Made by a program: the position numbers and the translations under genes. The notes under the pieces are model-generated. The model was not told the origin of the DNA and ran no database searches. It saw only the letters and a program-made list of their open reading frames with translations. A stretch of DNA of 64,000 nucleotides from Tubiluchus corallicola (lineage: Eukaryota; Animalia; Priapulida), in contig JAQGDQ010000321.1 in the NCBI GenBank assembly GCA_030141605.1, positions 205,956-269,955 on the forward strand. The letters are read 5' to 3'. This document shows positions 53,701-64,000 of this stretch, one piece after another (the first letter of the stretch is position 1; each line of letters opens with the position of its first letter).

Positions 53701-56700
53701 CACATGATAGTTATTGCATTGAGAACAAAATTTCAATCAATGAAAAGAATATTATAATGACGAAGTACAAGTGGTGTGTATTGCTTCTAGAAACCAACCA
53801 GAAGTTTCGTAACTTGAAGAAACAGGTACAGCCAGTGTTAGTTCACAGTTTAGAGAAGGCAATCTGGAATTGGATGGACACATACCCGGAACAGTTCACC
53901 GACTTGCAGAAGAAGCCAAATGATGAGCTGACAGGTATGTGCATGATACACAATAATAAAATTGTTAAATTGTCAGCTTATTGATGTACTGACATATAAG
54001 AACTAAAGTTGAAAATCATTTTTGTTTGCAAAAAAATTAGGCATTCTATTATGCAATCAGTAACAGAATGACTTTTGGTACTAGAATTGTTGTCATACCA
54101 GAATAATAGTGTAAAAAATGGCTAAATAAAAAAAGCAGGAGTAGGGCTAATAATTGCCAATCGTCATTGAAGTACAGCTTGTACAGTCCTCTTAACTGCA
54201 TGAAATGCACACCCGGGGAGGGGGCTCACCAAAATCTTTAACTAATTTGCCCTGTCCCATATGCCCGTACAGACTCTCTCTCCAGCCAGTCTGCCCGTGT
54301 CCAAATTTAATTCTTTTAGAACATCATTCACTTACAATACCTCTGCACTATGTGGCAAATGTACAGCTGATTGCTCAACAATTAATACTAGTTCTAATCT
54401 TCAGCAGCTAACTAAACCAGCAATGTGCTGCGTAGTGATATGTCTAGCTAGTGTTTAATGCATCAAACAATGTACTTCCATTTTGCCAACATAGCATCAA
54501 ATACAGCACCAGGCTGCAACCAGTCATCATGCCAACAAACAATGTCAGTAACTTGAGATCTATATTACAATCGAACAAGTTGCATAATATTACGGTTGCC
54601 TGAATTTAGATTGTTGTGAAAAGCTGTTTGATCACTTGGACATGTTTACCGACAACACCAAGAAAAAAGCTACTGTTGTATGGCCACTCCAGATTATGCT
54701 TCTCATTCTGTGCCCACCGATACTAGAGGAAATTGTTAATGCTGATTCTGGGGCACCCTGTTCACCGAAGTATTTGAAAAAGGTTAGCAATTTTATGCTG
54801 CTTTTATTACAGGAGAAATATTGTACTGTCGCTTTTTGTTCTTTGTGCACGTGTATTTTAACACTGAAATGTTTAAACAAATATTTAAAACATTATGTAC
54901 TCTTAGTAAAGTCAGTGTTCTGATTAGCAAACTGTATCATAGCTCGTTAAAAATAGGTTTCAATGTATTGATAAGCTTTTCGGTTATTTACAGTCAACAT
55001 TTGTTCGGTTTTGGTAATTTTTTACTTGTATTTGTTTTTTAATTGCAGAAAAGTTTTATTGACACGGTAAAAAAGTCATTGGTTGGACAAGGGGGTTCAC
55101 GGCAAATGCAGGAGGGGGCTGTAGTTACCTGTGTTAAACTGTGCAAAGCTTCAACCTACATCAATATTCTGGACAGTAGCAACGTACTGTTCCTGCTAGT
55201 ACATTCTGTTATCAGTGATCTGAAGGTAAGACCATCTAATCTGCATGTATATATGTTGGAGTTGGATTTCAGCCGTTATTTCCGATCAGTGATTAATTTT
55301 TAGTTGCCCATACAAGTCTCTTATATTATCCAGACCTTTTTCAGTCAGTCCCCAAAAATTGCGTGTTTGTGCTTATCGTCAGCAAGAATTATTAACTCTT
55401 ATTTGTCTACTGACAAGTTGTTCAGCAACTTTATATGGCATATGGTTTCCTGCATGCTACATGCAATCATGCTGTGTTATCACATTACATTGCTAAGTAG
55501 TTTGAAAAACTTTTTGTTGTGACTTATCCCTTGAATTTTGTAACTATTTATGCTGTTTAATATTTATTTGTGATGACCGACTTAATGATCTTAATTTGAC
55601 ATACAATAATACTATTTTTCAGTAAGAATATTTCCCAGTAGAACAGCATTACATTGGCTAAATGATGTTTTATAGCTTATTAATCTTAATACTGCAATAG
55701 GTAATTTAGTATACTATCAAAGCTTTTTGATTAAGTAACATATACTGTAGGCTCTGCAGGCTTAAATAGTAGAGCCCATTTAATACAGATGATTGAGGCA
55801 AGATGGGAAACATCATTTCCTATCAAGGATAATCCTTTTACTAGAAACACTGAACCAGAGCTTGTGTAATACAGTAGTCATTTTTGTAGTAGCGATGGCT
55901 GTGGCGGAGGATCTTCGGCATTGAGGAGAGGATGATGACTGTGATAATATAATAATACTGCCACTTTTGTTGATAAGAGAAATGACTTTACAGTTTTCAT
56001 TATATTTTCTCTTAATGATTTAACACCATTGAATTTTGCATTTCTTGTGCTTTATATTACCCCATATATTTCTTTCTCGGTGTTTCAGGGGCTGTTGTTT
56101 AACCCTAGCAAGCCATTTTCTAGTGTACAAAGCAACAAAACGCAACACGACATTGATCTCATGATCGATTGCTTCGTCTCGTGTTTCCGTATCAATCCGC
56201 ACAACTTTGAAGCCTTGAAGAACTGTCTCCACCCAGCTTCGCCTTTCAACTTCCATTTTGTACTAGTCAATGCTCTACATAGAATTATTACGCAGGTGAA
56301 TGCTAATTTGCAGTCTTCAACACTAATATACATGAATAATAAGAGAAGTGTGTAAGTTTAAAATAAGTTATTGTCATTAAATTCTTTCTTATTTTGTATA
56401 TTTTTTGCTGCAACACATTTCTTTCGAGATAACTTTAATATTTTATTTCCATCACTAGGTTTCAGCATTTTTTCATTTGGAATCAGATATAATCCTAATG
56501 TACATAAAGTCAGTAATTATAATACATTTGATTAACTGTTATGAATTGATACTTAATTTACTGATGACAAATGATAACTTACCAAATTTTGTGCTTGCTA
56601 GGATGAGGGACTAAACACTTTTTATAAAAAACAAAGTATATGTAAAGTGGATATTTAATTATCCCATCCTGGCAAATACAGCATTTGGAAAGTTATCATT

Positions 56701-59700
56701 TATCTACAGTAAATTGAGTAGCTGAAGTTATATTTTATTCCACATGTAAAAATTCTGAAGCTTGATTACGAGTAAGAAAATTACTCAAAACGTAACAAAT
56801 AAGCTTATCTAGCATTATTTCGAGCAATATGCCAGATATTGTTGCCAATGTTTCTTCGAGTTTGTTGTAAATGTTTCATGGCTTCTCTTTGATATATTTT
56901 TGTATTAAGTTACATTAACATGTTGCGTTGATTGACACATTCAGCATGACACAATTACTGAACTAAGCTTTCAGTTTAGCAGATTAACTAGTGCATTGTA
57001 CTGAACATTATTTGTTTACATAATTCCTTAATGTTATATGTTTGAATAACAACAAATTTAACTGTATCCCCATTATAAAGTATTGTTGTTTTTAGACATT
57101 AGGTAAATATCAAGTTACTTTTATTTTCAGACACGTCTTCCATGGTGGCCTAAGATAGAGATTGTCTATAATAAATCATCAGAGTTGAGGCAGATGTTTA
57201 CAGACACACTTACTAAAGTTACGCAGATCACTGGTCATACATCACACAAGGGAGGACATGTAAGTAATAAAGTTCATGTTTTAATAAGTAAATAAAATCT
57301 GGTTTAATAGTCGATACAAAAGTCCTCTGGTTATAGAGATAATGCAAACACAGTACATAAAAGACAAAGTGTACAATTAGTATCTACGCATGTATGCTGA
57401 TAAAAATGATATGAAGTGATTCAAGCTGCAGCTGTACAGTGTACAGTAGATACCTATCAATCAGTGTTGTAGCAGTAGGTGACTTGACGCAGACACTGCT
57501 AGCAGACAAAACGGTTGAAAATGCAAGGTGTTTAATCTGTAGTAGGCTAATTACATTATTTACTTATAAACTTGAGAAATAGCAAGAGTAAACCAGAAAA
57601 TGTACAAGCAACTTTTAAACCTAAAATATTGATACGTTTTGCTTTTCTGGCGGCTTGCAAACAATAACTTACACACTAAACAAGTAACGAATAAAAATCA
57701 AATAGTTTGTTGAGTTAATTTTAGCGTTTAGCAATTCTAAAACTGTTGTTTGATAAAATACATTTAGCATTTATTATCAACAGCTTCATCTAGTTTTTTT
57801 ACAAACCTTGCAAACGTTAACTCAGATGTATGTTATTATTTAAAAACCTAGGCTAGCTGTCGCGAAGTAAAAGTGTTGAATTAACTTAATCCTATTGTGA
57901 GATTACTTTCGTGATATGTTTAGTATCGTGACCTAAGTGCATCGTTACATTACATTTCTAGTAGGTGACCAGTACTAACATAGATAGCATGCTTATCAAT
58001 TTAGCATAAAATTTTACGAATTTTTTGCATGGAAAACTTTCCCTGTTTATATATTTTCTTATAATTTTGCTAATTATCAAATTTCTGGATAAAAAATGAT
58101 TTAAAAGGCTACTAAAAACCTGATTTTTATTACTAGTTCTTGAAAGACAAAGTGTTCAACAATCCCCCACTTGGATTTAAAGGGAAGCCAGCTGAGGAGG
58201 GACCAAACTGGAAATATTTGCTCCTGTGGCTCGTGCGACTCATTCATGCTGATCCTATATTAATGTTACATGTAAGTCAAGCAGTGTAAGGCACATTAGA
58301 TGGACTTTGTTGTGTGGTGTTATAACTAATTCTAGCACGTTGGGTGGTTGAAGATTTCTAGAAAGAGAAATTCACTTGTTATATCATAAAAGCATATTGA
58401 AGACTCGTGACGTGGTGTGAATTACTTTTATTTATCTAATTATAATTTTCCATACAAAAGTTATAACATATTTTTTTCGATGGAGCACAGCAAAGAAGCT
58501 CTGTTATTAACATTAGCTGCTGTTGTATTTTAGAACCCTGGAAAACCAGGGCATGAAATTCAGAGTAGTACGCTGGAGTTGATTAATGGATTAGTTTCAC
58601 TGGTACATCAAGCATCCATGCCGGAGATAGCCCAGGAAGCTATGGAGGTACATTTTGCAACATCGCCAAGCAAACTTGATTATAATTTATGTCATTTTTA
58701 TTAATTGTTACGTGTCGTTTTAGCGCGTCATAAATCAAATAATCATTTGCATATTGTAATAAGGGGATTGTTATTATATTATTACTATTGGTAATTTTGT
58801 CATTGTATGTTTGTTTTCAATAGTTTATTTGTTATAGTATTTGAATTATTACTGGGATACTGGTTGGGTGACTTCAGAATATAATGAAGTTACTATCCAT
58901 GTAATTATGTCAATCAGTACTGATTCTGAAGGAAAGCTTATCATTCAACGTTATTGATCTGAGCTTATTTTATTTCAGGCTTTGTTGTGTTTACACCAAC
59001 CTGATAACATTGAATTGTGGAATCCGGAAGCACCCATCAATACATTCTGGGATGTCAGGTAACAAAAATAAAATTGTTTTTAACATTTTATCTGTAATTT
59101 TTTTATCTGGTGAAGTTCATTTGGGGTAAAATTTTGAAACTACAAGGCCATTCAACATTTTCTTATTTTATAAATATAGATCTTTTAAACGTTGCTGATG
59201 TTCTCAATTACTGCAAAAGTGTTTGCAGCTGTGTATACACGGCTCATACAGATTGCATTAAATTAAAAAATGTGATACTCGTAAAACCCTTTACAAACAC
59301 AAATAAAATAAAACTTTGTAAGACTTACAATATATGGAAATAACCAGGGGCATTGTAGCCACAGGGGCAGAAGTGGCAGTGGCCCCCGTTGCCCTTTCCG
59401 AAAGGGGACAGTGCGGGAGCAGAACTTTGCCTTTTTGATGGAAAAATATGTGGTTATCCGCGATTACCCCAAAAAGTTTACTGACATTTTTAGCTGGCAT
59501 TACCAATTTTGAACTCTACATTAAAATGTGCATCTATTATTCATTTTTTATTCATTTTAAAAGGAATATGTGAGAGGCAGAAACCTTAGATAGCTATTAT
59601 ATATAAGTCATATCGTCATTAGCATGGTCACAGAAATTTGGGTAAACAAAATGTGCCCTTTTCATAAATGCTGCACCCGCCCCTGTAATTTGCTGGTGGC

Positions 59701-62700
59701 ACCCCTGGAAATATTTGCAGTATATTGAATGATTAAAACAAGCAGTTCAGATGTCTTGTGGCTATTAGTCTTCAAGGATCTTTCAAGATTTGCGACAGTT
59801 AACCTTTTTTTTGGAACAGTTAAAAGTTTTTAGGTGCAACAAGTAGGAAACCATTTTCAGAATTAAAATGCCTAATCTAAATTGGAACTTTATGATTACA
59901 GAAATTCATACTGTTTGAAGCAACTTCTTATGAAATTGTTAAAATGTGTTTCTTCTTTTTTTAGCTCTCAGGTCCTTTTCTCCATCTCGCAGAAGCTGAT
60001 ACAGCATCAGATAATCAACTATACAGAGATACTAAAATGGTTACGAGAGATACTGACCTGTCGTAACATGTTCCTGCTCAAGCACAAAGATTATGCCAAT
60101 GTTGGCAGCAACATTCCAATCTGTAGACAAGCCCACATTAAACTAGAAGTAAGTTGTCTAGTATCAACTTTACATAGTAGTAGTAGCATGTGGCATATAA
60201 ACATCAGAAATTAGCAATTACTTTTTGGTTTGTCTATAATTTATGTTTGTCAAGTAATATAGTGAAATAGTAGTTATTTGCAATGGTGATATAGTGACAC
60301 AAAATTCAATTATCGATATTTATCTTAATTTACTTTGATTTGCAATAGTACTGTGTTTTTTTATTTATGAAACTTCAACCCATTGTAGCACTGAGACTCG
60401 CTAAACAATGGTTTTATACAAACCTCTAAAACAACCACATTTTTGTGCAAGCTTTAATAGCATGTCAAAAAATATCTACAAAAGCTTTTCTGAAGTTTTA
60501 TTAAACCTACCAACTAACACACATTTTTACTTTCTAGGTGGTTTTCTTCATGTACCTCTGGAGTATTGAGATTGATGCTGTGCTCACTGCTATGTCATGT
60601 TTTGCACTGCTGTGTGACGAGGCTGACATACGATGTGGGTCAGATGAGCTAGCAGTTACCCACTTACTGCCTAACTACCAGGTTTTATGCTTGACTGTCT
60701 TAAAAGACATGACTAATTTTATATAATGGAATCATAGTTTGATTTTTTTTAAATTTATAAACTTAATAGTTAAAATGGACACATTGTCATTACTTTAAAG
60801 TGTTATGAATGGTTGAACAGTTGGCAACAAACCTCCTAATCGCATGTTCAGGCCAGAGAGTTTCTCTTGCAAGTTCTCTCTGAGTGTATATTCACCACTG
60901 AGAGCGGTTATGCAAGTTCTCTCTCTAGTTATCACAAACTCAGAAAGGGTTGCTGAGAGTTCTTGCAGAACCATTCACATTTGCAAGTTGCTTCTCAGAG
61001 AAAACTTGCACAAGAATTTGGGGAGAACTCTGTAGTCTGAATGTGCCATTATACTCTTTTTCTAAAACATGCAAATAGTTCACATTATAAATACCAAGTT
61101 TTTGCTAGAACATTTCTTACAGAATTTAAATTTAGTTTTAGCACCAGAACACAACTTTTAAATTTGTGCATTTAAATTCTTTTTACTGGTAATTTCAAAA
61201 GATGGATGTTACTTTTCTTTTTAAAACAGTTAAACCATAAATAAATATCATTTTTGTTAATTTGTAGGTGTATTCTGAGCTGGCCGCAGCCAGCAGGGAC
61301 TTGACCACTGGTCGAGCAGCTTTGCAAAAGAAAATAATGTCACTGTTGCGCAAGATAGAACATAGTACGCAAGGATGCACTCAGGCATGGGAGGACACGT
61401 TCCGAAATTGGGAAGTAGTAAAAAAGATGCTGGTCGCTTGTCCGAAATCAACGGATCACCGATGTGAAGACCAGATAAATGAGTGGGCAAACATGACGGG
61501 TTTTCTCTGTGCATTAGGGGGTGCAAGTTTACAAAAGAAGAGCCCTGCAAGACCAAGGTACTTGTTAACCATATACTCTTCTTCAAAAAGAATTTTGTCT
61601 TGTCATGTGTGAAGGTTGTAATCATGCATTAGCTTAGTTTCTATTTTGGGGATATGTAAAACTAAGATTAATCAGAAAATTAATTAATCCATTGATAATT
61701 AACTGTAATCTGTACAGTTTGAACCTAAGCACTAAGATGAACAATATTTATTCGTTCACTCTCAACTGAAGTGTGTTTATTGATGTAAGTTGTTTTATTT
61801 GTAGCAGTATGTCAGCTTCAACCACATCTCTTCTAGCAGATCCACGCAAGTACAGCATGCTACCCGGGGGAAGTACAGAGCTACAGTACTGTCCAGTCAC
61901 TCAGTAAGTTCCAATGTTCAAGAAAATGTTCAAAGCAATGGGAAGTTCATTTCATATAAAGAAATTTATGCACATAATTACAGTGCCCTCACAAAAAGCT
62001 AAAGAAATTATAGATGATGTATAAATAACAACAAATCACAGACGAATAAAAATGACAGAATATAGCTTTCTGAATTTAAAGCTTATAAGATCTTGATATT
62101 TCCGCACTGTTTGATGTTTTCTCAATATTTCTAGCTTTGTTTAGTTTTGGTTGACAATTTTATGCTGTGCTGTGAATTTTAATTCTTGTTATAGTTGATA
62201 ACCTCACATGCATGAAGTTCTTTTTATAATAATTTTCTACATGTCATTGCTATGGTTGAAAAGGTTTTTGTGAAACAGGATTAAGTTAATCTAACACTTT
62301 TACCTCACGATAGCCTGCTTAGGTTTTTAAATGAAAACATAATTGACTTGTTCTGTTTTAGGTTTATTGGCAGTTTACTTGAACTGCTTGTGTGCTGTAA
62401 CGAAAAATTTGGTGCTAATATTCAGAAACATGTGAAGGAATTAGTCGGACATGAGCTTAGCCCTGCACTGTATCCCATCCTGTTTGATCAGATAAAAGCA
62501 CTAGTCGATAAGTTCTTTGACATCCAGTTCCAGGTATAGCAGCTTCTCTAGTGAAAAACTTCTAAACATGGGGTAGTGTTTAAATATAAAAGTAACAATG
62601 GGCTAATTTTAGTCAACATTGTTAAAACAAAAAGATTTCAAATTTGATATATTAGTAAGTTTTCTGTATTATTTAGATATCTACATACTGACAAATTGCT

Positions 62701-63517
62701 CTTTTTTCTATACTTTGTGTGCTTTACTACAAATTATTGATTTCACTGATTTTTCTTGTAGGTGATTGTGACAGAGACGAATACACAGTTTATTGAACAC
62801 ATCATATTTATCATGAAAAACATTTTAGAAAACAAACCTGAGAATTCATCTGAGCATCTGGGAGTCACCAGCATTGAAGGAATGATGCTGGGCATAGTCA
62901 GGTAAACGGATGATCACTCAAGAGTGACTTGTTGACCTTGTCACTCTTGTTGACCTTCTTGTCAAACATATGATTGCTGTGCTAGAAGTATGTATGTGAA
63001 TCTTGACATATCTTATTTTGATGTATTATTACTTAAAGCTGCTTATTCTGTCAGAAATAGAGTTTTAAGTTCCACTAATGCTCTTGTGAGTGGTATTGTA
63101 AATAATGACTGTTTGTTTTATTCAAAATTATATAACAAATGGTTAAACCTATTATTTGTAAAATTTATCTAAATAGTAATTGTGTTATTGTAATTTTTTG
63201 TAATATCATTCTGTTTCTTGTACTGTATTGTCCTGTATGCTAACTATAGTTGTATGAGTGATGCTTGCAATAAAACCTTTTTTTATTTACTTCTACATAG
63301 CATCTAGCTAGTTACTACCAGTTCTTTAGTAGACTTGCCAAATTTAACACACTGACTTTTAATAATAATTAATACTTTGTATTGCACTGTAGCATAGCAA
63401 CATTTTAATTTTATGAAGTGGAGTAAGTTTGTTTGTTGTATTAGGTATGTGAGACATTTGGACAGCACTGTGCACACAATACACATTAAAACAAAACTCT
63501 GCCATCTAGTAGTGGCT
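44722..63517 (+). CDS. NF1: Neurofibromin (Ras-GAP), N-terminal portion; the gene continues past the window end
   Basis: In-phase exons: 44722-44781 (MATPKPVEWVQALLTRFEEQ; human MAAHRPVEWVQAVVSRFDEQ), 45391-45618, 49156-49224, 50344-50450, 52456-52565, 53791-53934, 54610-54782, 55049-55225, 56089-56295, 57131-57259, 58137-58271, 58534-58647, 58979-59058, 59965-60148, 60538-60681, 61268-61557, 61805-61903, 62362-62533, 62762-62901, 63445-63517. Hallmarks include NKECLINVSKYKFTLVISGL, VWPLQIMLLILCP, DLMIDCFVSCFRINP, IELWNPEAPINTFW and EWANMTGFLCALGG. The GAP domain is not reached. Confidence 0.97.
46123..47830 (+). repeat. 728-bp tandem duplication (2 units plus a diverged partial third) containing a LINE ORF2 3' remnant
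   Basis: Near-identical sequence at offset 728 (e.g. GCTCTAATTTTGGCTAATC at 46140 and 46868; ATTACAGGAG at 46611 and 47339). The third segment translates to ...TLLPDAHIRRYSPCPHLKYSLPRCKTERFKSSFISHGL, typical of CR1/L2-group ORF2 C-termini. Confidence 0.85.
59345..59707. mobile_element. hAT-like MITE in an NF1 intron
   Basis: CAGGGG...CCCCTG termini with GC-rich subtermini. Flanks GAAATAAC / GAAATATT fit a decayed 8-bp TSD. Confidence 0.6.
60837..61051. mobile_element. PIF/Harbinger-like MITE in an NF1 intron
   Basis: TAATCGCATGTTCAGGCCAGAGAGTT versus right reverse complement TAATGGCACATTCAGACTACAGAGTT, with internal GCAAGTTCTCTC repeats. Confidence 0.6.
62965..63290 (+). mobile_element. Decayed LINE 3' end in an NF1 intron
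   Basis: CARSMYVNLDISYFDVLLLKAAYSVRNRVLSSTNALVSGIVNNDCLFYSKLYNKWLNLLF resembles a common non-LTR ORF2 C-terminus. A T-rich 3' UTR and AATAAA (~63269) follow. Confidence 0.55.
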
Positions 63518-64000
63518 GTAAGTATCTGGTTTTTTTCGTATATTTTAGTTGGCTAAAGTTTGCAATTTCCCACACACAAAAAATTTGTTCTTAAAGTGGA
63601 TTAGAGTTAAGGTTAGGGTATTTAAATTGTGTAGGGAATTGTAAACTCCTTCCCTCAAGTTTCATATGATTACACGTGTTTATGTAATTTTCTTTTGCAT
63701 TCTAAAACCTTTCACTTTTTTTAATTGAACACTCATACAATAGCTGGGTTTTAGTTATTGTGATCTGTACTTGAAAGATACCATTTCAATAGTCTATAAA
63801 CTAAGCCCCTGCTTAAGAATGGTAATGTATATTGCTCAGTGTTACACGAAACTTGCTAAATGAAGCCTTAATAAAATAACGTAAATACATTAGCATGTTT
63901 TCTAATGGCTTATAAAGAAGTTGCTAATGTTATTAAATATTTGGGAAAGTAAACTGACCATTGCAGACGTTATATTGTTTGTTTTTGAATTTCTGTACTT

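Noticed and set aside
54632-61625. Antisense ORFs overlapping NF1 exons (54632-54880, 56020-56333, 61195-61625)
   Set aside because: Shadow frames of real NF1 coding exons.

Overview
AT-rich eukaryotic (invertebrate-animal-like) genomic DNA with GT-AG spliced genes; most ORFs in the supplied track are non-coding. Five protein-coding genes can be built by hand. (1) The first coding exon of a sulfonylurea-receptor-like ABCC transporter (TMD0, minus strand). (2) A complete SPATA22 orthologue (+). (3) A complete 499-aa clan-2 cytochrome P450 (+), nested on the same strand inside the last SPATA22 intron. (4) A complete SPT4/SUPT4H1 (-). (5) The first 20 exons of neurofibromin NF1 (+), head-to-head with SPT4 across only 288 bp. 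The first 22 kb holds transposon debris (a solo LTR with TSD, MITEs, a dispersed tRNA-like repeat) and no recognisable exons. The most notable non-coding signal is a ~680-bp GC-rich, TSD-flanked, ORF-less element resembling an RTE 5' UTR (29324-30004, minus). Its 5' end folds into an HDV-like self-cleaving ribozyme with an atypical hairpin inserted in L3. All calls come from reading and manual translation; no searches were run.
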